A stretch of 64,000 nucleotides of DNA from Anthoceros angustus (Eukaryota; Plantae; Anthocerotophyta), in NCBI GenBank assembly GCA_010909165.1, contig VJWM01000126.1:744001-808000 (forward strand), read 5' to 3'. Below, in pieces: positions 13,331-24,306 of the stretch. The notes under the pieces were generated by a model. The model ran no database searches, had not been told where the DNA came from, and saw only the letters and a program-made list of their open reading frames with translations. How positions within the stretch are numbered: the first letter of the stretch is position 1; each line of letters opens with the position of its first letter. The position numbers were made by a program, and so were the translations under genes.

Positions 13331-15717
13331 CTAGATTTTATTGTAATATCGAAGAATGGAACATATCACAAAAAAAGCCCATAAAACGAGAAAATATGCA
13401 GAGGAGATCCAAGCAAGTAGCCTCGCCCCTCCAAACTCTCCACCCACTACACACCTACGCAATGTCCACACCAGCACGCAGAGGACGAAGACAACGAAGT
13501 ACAGAACCAGAGAGAACCCAAGCCCATTGGTTGGAACGCGGAATTTGCTGTTCAAGACGACCTGATTATATACAACGTGTACCAGCCACGGTATCCCGAC
13601 ACCAGCGTAAACGTTGATGGAGTTGCTGTAGGACGATCTTCTTAGTGAAAGGGAAACTGCCTTCCGCAGAATTGACAAACAATGCAACAGCGTGCTTACC
13701 TGCAATTAACGTTGGCGATAGCGGCATCGGCCGTGGAAGCAACCTTTGTCGAGATGTTGCTTGCAACCAGAACAGGCCACGAGCTGCCTGCTGCCAAAAT
13801 GCTAACAGCCATGACGTATTCGCTGATCCCTGCGCGAAGTGACAGTACATGAAATGTGCAGTGCAACATGTATGGATACTCAAAGCAGAAAGGACAATAC
13901 ATACCTGTCACGCATCCAAGAAGAGGGACAAGATGAACCACCATGTCGGAGATGATGCTGATCAGAGCTATGGCGAGGATGTAGGTCATCCATCCATGTG
14001 CCACGTTCGGGGGAGGAATGAAAGCAAACAAGAGGTTCCACGGAAGCATTATAAGCCGCACTACTCCTACATTGCCGTCTCGGCACTTGAGCTGCAGGGA
14101 CAACATGCCAACATGCAATCAATGCTTCATGCTGCCTTGGATGGACATTGGGAGTAAAACCAAGAGAGCACAACGAAGCTTACGTCTATTGCATCCCAGA
14201 ACTGCTGCATCCACAAGGAAAAGGTGTCCCCACATTGCTCTGTGGAATGAATAGCGGATGTTCCAACACCAATGCCGTTGGATGAAATCCTTATTCCCTG
14301 CTCTGCAAGTACCATGAAATCTGAGGTACCCGCGGTTGTGAAGCAAAACAGCTACCCCTTGAAGCTCAAGGTCATAGTCCATGTTTAAAAGTTGGACAAT
14401 ACCTGCATCCTGATTCTCAAAGGGAGAGTCCGCTTCTGATGCTGAGGACTCTCCAGACATACTCATCTGGCTGTCGTGCCGCAAGTAGTCACCAGCGACG
14501 TTGTCAGAAGTCTCTTGCTCCAGTGTAGCCTTGAGAGATACAAACAAATCTCCAACTTTCCACTTCAGTAAACAGTTCACTCCCTACCTTGCAAAATGAA
14601 AACGACTGCACATTCCCGAAACTAAGACGTAAGACTACTGTAAGGATGCAACAAATCCTGCAGGAGTTGCGCTGGCGCACTTACACACATGCTCGGTCCC
14701 AAGGGAAGTTTCATGAATGACCATTCCTTGTCTTGCGCATAAGCATGCAAAATAAGAATAGGAAATTGTAATACTGTTGCGGTTGCCTCCCACAAGGTGA
14801 CAACATTCGGGGACGAAACCTGCCATTCAAGCAAAAGTGTCATACTGTCTCCCGGGAAGACCACTTGGTCTGGCAAGTCGAGTACACACTGGGACGAACA
14901 CAGGCAAATCACAGTTACCTCCAAGACAATCAAAAGCCAAATGTAAGCCCAGATAGACCAGATCAGCTCCACTACGTAGACGCCGAGATTCTCAAATCGC
15001 TTCACCGTTCCCTTCTTTGGCACCAGTACACACACAGCTGAAGTAACAAGGATGTTGAATGCTGCTGATCCAACTATCACTCCCAAACCTAAACCTGAAT
15101 AGCGAGGTACATCCATGGCAAAATGTTCCCAAGAGTTATGCTGGCTAAGACTTCCAGAAGAGTGAAGCAAGCTCTTTTATAATCTTGGAAAGATAACAGA
15201 AAGCACCAGCACTCAAGGGTGTGACTGTTCTCTCCACCGACCACCCACAATACCAAATAAATGACTCACCCGAGTCGTCAGTATCACCCAGAGTCTGGAA
15301 GGCCTCTATAATTGAGATGGCAATAGGAGGGACACTCGTGCCAACTGCCAGCAGTGTAATGTCAGCCACTGCAGGATTCCATATTCTCCTAATTTCCACC
15401 ACTTCCATCCCTGTTACTTGATGTATCCTCTTCCGTGATCGTGTCTGCTTCACCATCACTTCCATGGCCACCATGAATGTAGCTGTACTCCTTGCTATGC
15501 CAATGAAGAAATATATAAGTGTCACAGCGTAGAACACCCCTCGAATGGGGTATCTCCAGGTAGCTTCTGCCTCAAAGACCCAATAGCCCATGCAGGGTTC
15601 TGATGCCAAAGTTGGCCCTTTAGCAAGGAAATCGGCTGAAGGTGGTGCTGCCCCTTGCCAGTCCAACATGTTTCCAAGCCCACTCAAAAATTCTATCACA
15701 CCCGTTACGTCAAACAT
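13331..15717 (-). CDS. MHX: Mg2+/H+ exchanger MHX-like (CaCA / Na-Ca exchanger superfamily), multi-exon
   Basis: Motifs include [96 protein letters not shown] and [27 protein letters not shown], all matching the plant MHX architecture. The start is ATG 15717 or 15669. Confidence 0.9.
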
Positions 15718-18262
15718 CCTTCAGTAATGAACATCACCAGCGTTTCACAGGTATTTCGACTTTCAGGTGGAATCTACGACCTCTCGCTCAGAACCTCCCA
15801 TTGAAGAAGAGAGAGCCAACTGGATACTTCACCTGAGCAAGAATAAACAGCCCTCGGACAAACCTGCCATGAATCGGAGCTGCCCAAGAGCACAGGTTGT
15901 GCACACTCAGGAGGTTCTGATAAGCCTTGAAGATGACACCTGCCTCGTCCAACAAAGTTTTCTTCCCCTTGCATTATTGGGCAGCTTCAGAACCATAGTT
16001 GTGATGAACAGGGATGGTGACTACAAAACATATTTCAAAGTTGCCAGCGTTTGATACCATGTCTGCTGTCTACAACTTCCAACTGGAGCACAAACTCCCG
16101 CAGGTTTCTTATAGTCTGAATATTGTCCCGGGCCAAAGATACGCCTGCACCAGAACCTCTAGCAATCTTTCCAGAAGCTGCTAGAAAATGCACTAAAAAA
16201 CAACAAACAGGGGGCTCCAATGTCTGTCAAGAACCTCGGCGGGCAATGTCATTCCCATTCCCATTCAGGAAGACCGGACGTGGGAGCGACAAAGAGAGCC
16301 TCAAGCGGAATGCAGTCAAGGGGACAGAACCTGACTGCGAATGTGGCGAGACACAGTAGCACATCTAAGGCCAACTTCCGAAAGAAACACGACTGAGGCG
16401 TCATTCCGGCAGGATAACAAGCATCCAGATCACAGGATGGCTGAAATGCGATCACAACTTACGACTCAGCACCTCTAAAAAGTGCTGCCTCCCCATCCGG
16501 TCGCTGATCTGAGTTTGGACTCTTGGAAAAGAACGGAACAAAGAAAATAGCGGACAAGAGCGACGCGGATCTAGCTGCCATGGCGAAACTGTGACAATCT
16601 AGAGTACCAACTAAGGCTGTCTCTATCAGAGAAAAAGTGCCCAGCCCCGTACTTCGCTAATCAATCGAGCGCCCTCTGCAAGAAACTGCTGATCTTGTAT
16701 CAATACAGGAAGCATCGCATTGCATGAAACCACAATCCCCGACAGCGCCCTTGGATCCAACATACAATGCTGCCATTGAAACTTACAAATTGCAGTCTTC
16801 TACCTGCTAGCGGATATGAGCTGGCAGTAGACACAGCTGAAGCATTTTGGAGGAGTATGCTCGACTCAGCTGGGCCGGAGAGTCGCCCTCATGATTTCAC
16901 AAGTGCCCGCTTCTCGCTCATCAATGCAGCTGTCAGACGTGAAAGAAGCTGCCGGCTACGAAACGATTGAAGTTGTCGGGCCGTTGGCGATCGTGTGTGC
17001 TCCTTTTGTGACATGCCACTGCGCGCACCACACACGTAATCACGATGACGTAAAAACCAGAACGCCCAAAAACGCACGTTAACAGGTTGTGGGGTCTTTT
17101 TGTAGTGGATCGGGACGCTTTACAGCAATGTGCCAAACAGGTACGGAGTTTTTTATTGAGGTGAAAAAACGATTGGAAGAGCCCATCCAAAGAGGGACAA
17201 CCAAAGGACCCGGTGGTCAAGGTGAAGAGAGCAACTAAACAGGTACTTGTTGACGTATATATATTTTATATATTTATAATACAATTTAAATATATTTTAA
17301 ATTTTATCAAAAAATTATATCAAATATTATAAAATTCTTATACCAGTAATAATAATCTATGTAACAGGAAGTAATGAAAAATAATTATTATATATATAGA
17401 TTAATTTATTAAGTATGGCTTATCAAAGATGAAAGATAGTGCTGTGGGACTTTATTTTTGGATATTTTATATCTCATATTTATCTTTCTCATATAGATTA
17501 GGCACTCCTACGGGAAATAATATGCTAATAAAATATTTTACATGATCGCATATTAGAAATATAGGGCACAAACATACAAGCACTCTTAGGAAAATTTCAA
17601 GAAACTTCAAATATCGCTATCATTCAATTGTTTAAGTTCTACTTGCTTCTAGGTATTTCCTCTTATCCACTATCTCCACTTTTGGACAATTGCTTCGCCC
17701 CTTTCTTGTCGTATGAGAGTTTGAAATTAACCCCATAATGAATGCTGGTTGCTAATAAGTTTGAGATTTGACGTAACTTGATGCAATTTAGTAGACAAGG
17801 AATCATCCAATTCCTCTTGCTGCATGTAACCATATCTTTTTATTGTTTTCACTTTGTTTTGATGTCAAAAAACGTCTTTGACATAGTGACTTGTTTTTAT
17901 CAGAAATGTTTGGCATGGTGGCTTAGAAGGAAGGGATCTCTTAAATGAATGTTCATAATGAGATTACCATGCACCAAGCACCATATTGAAACTCCAACCA
18001 ACCAAAAGACATGATACTTATATTTTTAAAATGATTACATCTGCTATGATAGAAAGAAAGAACTTGCTTGAAATCATTCACATTCTACATGTGTTGTGCT
18101 TAGAATCGACCCCGGTCTTTACAGAGTAGCTCAATCCCAAAGAAATGCTAAAAGTTTTCTAATGATAAGTGGAGTTTAAGTGCAGCAACCTAGTTGTTGG
18201 GAGCATAAGTGATATTATCGAAAAGCACTTGCATAAAAAAACGAGTGATCTTTTTTTAATAT

Positions 18263-18362
18263 TTTAATGGATCCCAGGTTTCTTTGAGTTATAAAGAGCC
18301 TCTGCATCGAGTTTTTATGGATCCGAGGTTTCTTTGAGTTATGAAGAGCCTCTGCATCGAGT
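18263..18362. repeat. 50-bp tandem duplication
   Basis: atggatcc.aggtttctttgagttat.aagagcctctgcatcgagt occurs twice with period 50. Confidence 0.9.
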
Positions 18363-18573
18363 ACCTCGCCCATAAAGCTGACCCATAACACCCATAACAG
18401 TCATAAAGAGCCATAACAGTCATCAATGAGTCCAAACCCATGGTCTAAACAAAAGATAAAAAATATTCTTATCTTCAGTCCACTAAGGATGAACACACCT
18501 AATGCTAATGAGCTTGAGAAAAAGCAAAGTTAGCTAATGGTGGATGATACGATATGATCACACGTCCCTCACA

Positions 18574-19103
18574 CTAATATTGGCACGGCAAGACTAACCT
18601 ATTAGCACGACGAGTCGAGCCTAATGTTGGCACAGCGAGTCGAGCCTAATGTTGGCACAGCGAGTCGAGCCTAATGTTGGCACGATGAGTCGAGCCTAAT
18701 GTTGGCCGGGCGAGTCGAGCCTAATGTTGGCACAACGAATCGAGCCTAATGTTGGCACGATGAGTCGAGCCTAATGTTGGCCCGGCGAGTCGAGCCTAAT
18801 GTTGGCACAACGAGTCGAGCCTAATGTTGGCACGATGAGTCGAGCCTAATGTTGGCCGGGCGAGTCGAGCCTAATGTTGGCACGGCGAATCGAGCCTAAT
18901 GTTCGCACGGCGAGTCGAGCCTAATATTGGCACGGGGAATCGAACCTCAAAATTAGGCACAGCGAGTCGAGCCTAGTGTTGGCACGACGAGTCGAACCTC
19001 AAAATTAAGCACAGCGAGTCGAGCCTAGTGTTGGCACGGCGAGTCGAACCTCAAAATTAGGCACAGCGAGTCGAGCCTAATGTTGGTACGGCGAGTCGAA
19101 CCT
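18574..19103. repeat. 25-bp minisatellite, ~21 copies (consensus ctaatgttggcacRRcgagtcgagc) with higher-order structure
   Basis: The period is exactly 25 bp from 18621 to 18945. Units at the right end alternate between 27 and 25 bp. Confidence 0.95.
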
Positions 19104-20220
19104 ACGTCAAGACTTGCTGAGAGCAGCAAAGATTCAGGTTAGCTATAAACTAGTTGTAAAAAACATTGTGTGCAAGACCCTTCCATCCTCCACATCTTCA
19201 CCAACTGGGACTAGAAATCTTTGCTCCCGTCCAAGCCCGACCAAAGGCCCATTTCCTCACAAGTCCACTTCGGATGTAGAGACCAGAGCCTCAGGTTAGG
19301 TCATCTCGGCTCATGCTGAGCTTAATCTGAGTATAGAAAACAACCGACCTCCAGCTTGCTCTTAAGAAAGATATGCAATCTCAATAGCATTCTTGCTCAT
19401 TTGAACTTAATCATTTTGTATAAGCAGACTCCAGAGCATCCAAGCTCACAGCACCCCTGCAAAACAAGATGCGGCATATGTGCTTCGAAGCCGCTGTAGA
19501 AAGGACCTGTCCATCCGTCTAGCTAGCATAAACCGTCCAAGCCTTCCAAACATGTTACAACAGTCAGCTTGGGGAAAGAGTAAGATCCACATAACTTCAA
19601 ATCTGTAAAATTCCTTGTTGATGTTCCATATGTCACTCAACCAGTGGTTGGAATAAGCATCCGGTCATATTGACTATGCCCGGTATCTCAGTCCGAAGGT
19701 AAGGAAAAGCCACGGTGCATTTCTACCTTCTAACCCGCCTCCGTTCTAACGGAAGCCAACAACCCGCTCCTGTTAGACCCACGCGACAAAACCGAGCATC
19801 ATGGAGGACACAGTCTCCAGTAGACTCCTTGAGAGAGCTGGCATTGAAGCAATCAGGGCTGCCCGCATTGGTGACATCCAGGAGCCGCCTACTCTACCGG
19901 GTGCATGTTGATGCCTCAAGGAGAGTAGCCCATCCTACCTCCTGCTTCTATAGCAACCCGTCAACTTGATATTGGTATGGGCCTGTTTCGAGCTTCCCAC
20001 CTGGAATGCAGGTTCACCAAGCTGCTGAACCCTCCGTCTTCCATCAATCCTCTTGAAGCAATCTGTACAGGAGCTGCTTGCCCGATGCATGTCCAGCAAC
20101 TCTAGCCACAGGACTTCTGGAGGAAATACAATTGCTACCTGAAAGGAAAGGAGAAGATGTGGTGCGAATTGAGCTCTAACCAAGTGATCAATTCATTTCA
20201 CCGATCAAACGGGATAAATG

Positions 20221-20229
20221 GAACCCTAG
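20221..20229 (+). promoter_or_regulatory. Telo-box-like element (AACCCTAG) just upstream of URI1
   Basis: gaaccctag lies ~40 bp before the ATG. Telo-boxes are common near plant translation and ribosome-related gene starts, but such a short motif can occur by chance. Confidence 0.3.
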
Positions 20230-20262
20230 TTTACTTACAATTTATATTGTGATTGGTGGGCG

Positions 20263-21483
20263 ATGGCGGCTGAGAGGACAGTGGCCATGGCGGCCGAGAG
20301 GACAGTCGCGCCTAAAGGGACAGCGGAGCCGTTGGCCTTCTCCCAGGCGGATGTGGAGCGGGTGGAGGAGCAGGCGGATGGGGCTCTGGCGCAGCTGGAG
20401 GCGCAGCTGCGCGATCTGGAGCGGTTTGCGGAGGAGAATTCTGCGCTGAGCAAATTGGTGAAGCAGCTGCCGGAGTCGGTGTCGCATCAGGTGATGGTGC
20501 CGTTCGGGAAGGCGGCCTTCTTCCCGGGGCGGCTGGTGCACACCAACGAGTTTCTGGTGCTGCTGGGGGAGCGATACTACGCGGAGCGATCCGCGAAGCA
20601 AACTGTGCAGCTCCTAGCACGGCGGGGGGAGTTTCTGGGGCACAAGCGGGACGCTCTCAAGGCGCAGATTGCTGATATCCAGGCCGAGGTGTCATTCGCC
20701 AGGGACGCTGCGGAGGAGGCTGCGCAGGGGCTGATGGAGATCCGGGAGCCGTACGAGGAGCCGCGGGAGGATCGGGTGTTCGAGGAGCACGAGGAGGCGG
20801 GAGAGCTGGACGAGGAGGAGGAGCGTCGGATGTTCGACAGGCTCGAGGAGATGGAGCGGGCGGAGGCAGCGGCAGGTGAAGGGGAGGATGACGATGATGA
20901 GAGCGAGGAAGGCAGTGAGGAGGAGGAGGAGGAGGAAGAGGAAGAGGACGAAGAGGACGTTGGCTGGATCCGAGAGCGGGAAGTGGGACTGGGATTAGGG
21001 CAAGGGCGGCCATCGCCTGGAGTGGCACTTGCTGCTCCCAAGGGAATCCTCGCTAATGGAGGGAGCCAGAAGGTGCCCACCCGGGAGCGGCGTGTCAGGT
21101 TTTCTGATGCTTTGGTGGAACACAACGTGATGGAGCGTGCTGCTATGGGTTCCATCCCTACCATGACTTTGGAGGAGGTTCAGGAATACAGGAAGAGAAG
21201 TGCGGAGCAGCCAATGAGTGTTGCGTTTCCTCGGCGGATGCAAGTGGTTCCCCCGACGCCTTCTACTCCCGTGGTAGATAGTAGGGACGATCGATCTGGA
21301 GCCGGAGCTCCTCCTCCTCCTCCTCCTCGGCGCTTTGTTCCAAATACTCCCTCTCCGGAAGCACGGCGGGCTTTTACCGGCACTGTGGTTGAGCGCCAGC
21401 CTGACTCTCCTGCAACGAAAGAGCATGTGGAGGAGCGGAAAAGGCCGGTGTCCAGGTTCAGGAAGCAAATGGAAGGGACGTGA
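20263..21483 (+). CDS. URI1: Unconventional prefoldin RPB5 interactor URI1-like, single exon (406 aa)
   Basis: It has an alpha-prefoldin domain (VMVPFGKAAFFPGRLVHTNEFLVLLGE.YYAERSAKQT), a GLMEIREPY segment, a poly-acidic tract, RRVRF (RVxF) and the C-terminal URI-box-like AFTGTVVER...PVSRFRK. Confidence 0.9.
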   Translation: MAAERTVAMAAERTVAPKGTAEPLAFSQADVERVEEQADGALAQLEAQLRDLERFAEENSALSKLVKQLPESVSHQVMVPFGKAAFFPGRLVHTNEFLVLLGERYYAERSAKQTVQLLARRGEFLGHKRDALKAQIADIQAEVSFARDAAEEAAQGLMEIREPYEEPREDRVFEEHEEAGELDEEEERRMFDRLEEMERAEAAAGEGEDDDDESEEGSEEEEEEEEEEDEEDVGWIREREVGLGLGQGRPSPGVALAAPKGILANGGSQKVPTRERRVRFSDALVEHNVMERAAMGSIPTMTLEEVQEYRKRSAEQPMSVAFPRRMQVVPPTPSTPVVDSRDDRSGAGAPPPPPPRRFVPNTPSPEARRAFTGTVVERQPDSPATKEHVEERKRPVSRFRKQMEGT

Positions 21484-21691
21484 AGGGGATTTGGTTGCTG
21501 CCTATCACACTTGTTCTCTTGACACGGACAGCTTTTTTGGTGGTGGAAGAAGTACACGCTGTAGCAGGCGATTCACCCGATTCTAAGCACTGTTTTGTCC
21601 CACGGATTCACGATGTACTCTATGTAGGCAGTTTCGTGCAAGGGCACCTGCGGCATCCATGCGAAACCACCCGTCAGCTCGTGAGAGTTTC

Positions 21692-22421
21692 ATGAAAATT
21701 CAGGACCTGCGAGGGATCATCTTCGGGTCTGCGGCAGAGAGCAAAAATCTGACTCTTCCTGATAAGTTTGCCTTGAATTCCTCGACTGAAGCATCTACCA
21801 GGATACCGGACCCTCAAGGTAGCAGTTCTCTGAGCAGCCAGCAAATATATGGGGACCCGAGCGCAAGTGGTGAGATCAAGAACTCTGTCGAGGAAGAAGG
21901 CGACATGCTGGCTGCTCTGCAACGACAACCTGCGGTGAGGGCAAGTTTCTCCCAGTTCGCACCGCCGCGTTTTGCTGGGGCCTTGGCGACAGTGGCAGCG
22001 ATGCAAGGAAAAGGCCCAAAAACGATTTCCTCGCGTCGCTGCCACTTTCTGTCTGTGTGGTGACGAAATCTGACAGCCTGGTGGTTGGTCTATCCAAGGT
22101 ATAGAGCTATCATGGATGTGTCCCATTTTCGGCATGCACTCTGCGAGGCCACTGCTAAGCTTCTTCCACTGTTTGCAAGGGAAAACTCCTGAGAAGGATG
22201 TGGGAAAGCTGCTAAGGAGTGCAGAAGACCACCTTGCCCGCAGATGGATTTTTCCTTTGTCCTTCCCACTTCTAGCGGGTGGGATGTGGGTGGCATTTAT
22301 GGTTCTCACCCTGCTGCATGTGGATCAAAGAAGACTCTGGCTGGCTTGCGTGACGGCACCTCTGGGTGTCTGGACAAGGTGGCCCTTTGCCCGGCTGAAT
22401 GGTCAGGGCGTCGGACCCTAA
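21692..22421 (+). pseudogene. Fragmented fluoride exporter FEX (CrcB/Fluc) gene remnant
   Basis: 22300-22420 encodes RRLWLACVTAPLGVWTRWPFARLNGQGVG, typical of the start of the second Fluc domain of plant FEX, and then stops. An upstream SDSLVVGLS fragment is in another frame, and most TM helices are missing. Confidence 0.65.
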
Positions 22422-22489
22422 TCTCATCCCTAGACTGCGAGACTGAAAAAAGTGGAGCTGCACGCAGCAATGATGTGCCCTTTCCCTTA

Positions 22490-22982
22490 CCCCCCTAGAC
22501 AACCTAACCGAGGAAGGATGCTTCTTCTTGAAAAAAGTCCTCCCGAGCCACTTCGGCAGCTCGGGGAGAATTTTAGCATCCGCCAAGATCAAGTCATACG
22601 AGTCAGACAGCTTCCTCTTGACCTCGTACGCGAAGAAGGTCTTCTTCAAGTTAGACAGCGCCGCCACCTTCTCAATGGGTATCCCTCCAGGGCTACCCGC
22701 TCCTTCGCCTCCTTCTATATCATTCCCGACTCCCGACCGCTCACAAAGAGGCAGATCTCTTGCGAACCATCCAGGGAAAGAGCGGGTGAGGCACTGGATT
22801 TCTGTACGGATTCTTGCGCGCCAACTGCGGTACACACGGGAGTTCGTCATCCTCGACAAGCTGCGCCACCTTCCCGATTTCGGTGAGTCCAGCCATCTCA
22901 GGAGAGAATCCACAGCCTTCGAGATGCGCTCATCCTCCGATCTGCTCCTCACCTTTTTACCTCCGCCGCCCTCAGCAGACAT
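22490..22982 (-). pseudogene. Ribosomal L1 domain-containing protein (RSL1D1/CIC1-like) 5' fragment, frameshifted
   Basis: Segments are ISKAVDSLLRW, KNPYRNPVPHPLF (shifted frame), EICLFVS (shifted frame) and KVAALSNLKKTFFAYEVKRKLSDSYDLILADAKILPELPKWLGRTFFKKKHP. Homology is lost after ~22490. Confidence 0.75.
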
Positions 22983-23415
22983 GGCTTTCACTTCAGCCTG
23001 TCTACCAAGGCCTTCTGTATCTAAATTACATAAACTTGCACACCTTATGGAGTCTCTGTAGCGCACACTCGATAGCTCCCTAGTGATTTTCGTTTTAGCA
23101 TGACGTAAGGGCACACTACCTAACTAGTTAATGGGTTGCCCTGTAATAGTTTGTGGGGGATAACATTAAGAAGACTATTAGTACTACGGGATAACAAGTT
23201 ATCCTGCAGTCGCTTCCTTCTTGCGTGTTGGCCAAGCATCTGGCATTTGCGCTCAAAGTTTCAACTTTTCGGGTCACGCTCTTTAAAAACGAGCAATCCT
23301 ATTAGAAATTGGAGGTTATGTTACAATTGTAGTTGCGATTTTGTGATACTTTCCGCGAATTGCAACATGCTTGTGAGGTTTGGCACACATTTACAGCAAA
23401 TTGCAACATTGACAT

Positions 23416-24306
23416 AGGCGAGGGCTATTTGCAACATAATTGCAACACATTTGCTTTTTTGTCATTCGTGTGACACTAATCTCTACACGGTTTAGTGTTT
23501 GATTAGCATTAATTAATTTAATTACTTATCTTAAGTAAGTAATTAGTATTAATTAATCCTGTGTGCTTATGTTGATTAGTGTTAATTAAACATAGTTAAC
23601 AATAGCTAAGTGGATAACCTCAAGTAATATGCTTTAGTATATTCCTTCCATATTATAGTGTATTCTTAGGATATTTCCGGCATATGCTATGCCAGTAGGA
23701 TATCTTAGGAACATGCCGATGCCAAGGGCTAGTACATAATAGACCCTTTCATAGAAGACAAGCGCAGATCAGAGTTTGTCCTCTAGATATGCAATGCCAG
23801 AGTGTTGTGAAGAGGCCAGACATGTGGACTGGACAATCATAGTGCCCTTCGCATTCCTCATATATGCAACTCCCATTCAATCGTTATGTTGAGGGGAAAT
23901 AATGCATATCTTACCATGCCCCTATTTCTTTTGATCAAAGAATTGATGCGCCATTCTGAGACAGTCAAGAAGCAGCTCTGGTCCCATCCACAGGCCCGCC
24001 ATGCAACGAGAGTAATAAAAATAACAAAACAGAATAAGAAAACAGAATGGAAGTCGTTCAGAGTAACATGATGGTATGACATGGCCACACGGAGTACTCC
24101 ATAGTGTGGGCAAGTTAACGGAATGGTTGACTAATGGGGGTGTAGTTAGGAGCATTATATGGGAGGAGAGAAGTGTAGCTCCATGTTGCAATTATGTTGA
24201 AAATGTGGTGTGAGCAATTAACGAAATGGTTCACCAAGGGGAGTGTAGAATCAGAAGAAATAGGTGCAGCTCCATGTTGCAATTATGTTGCAAATGGCCC
24301 TAGCCT
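23416..24306. mobile_element. Non-autonomous TIR element / MITE-like remnant
   Basis: A ~32-bp imperfect inverted repeat pairs aggcgagggctatttgcaacataattgcaaca (from 23416) with tgttgcaattatgttgcaaatggccctagcct (to 24306). No clear TSD. The tgttgcaa motifs recur from 23350 to 25300. Confidence 0.5.

Noticed and set aside
18574-19103. CRISPR-like array
   Set aside because: Units are contiguous 25-bp tandem copies with only a few variable bases. There are no unique spacers or cas genes, and the context is eukaryotic.
19620-19700. TPP riboswitch or C/D snoRNA (ctgagatacc; atgatg...ctga on the minus strand)
   Set aside because: The remaining TPP core (GAACCTGA..., P4/P5) is absent. The C box is imperfect and I could not identify a terminal stem or rRNA guide.
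20242-21557. Several long antisense ORFs over URI1
   Set aside because: These are shadow ORFs caused by high GC and GAG repeats.
22272-23114. 280-aa ORF as an intact gene
   Set aside because: It threads through compensating frameshifts of an RSL1D1 fragment, with conserved motifs in other frames, and ends in antisense FEX sequence.
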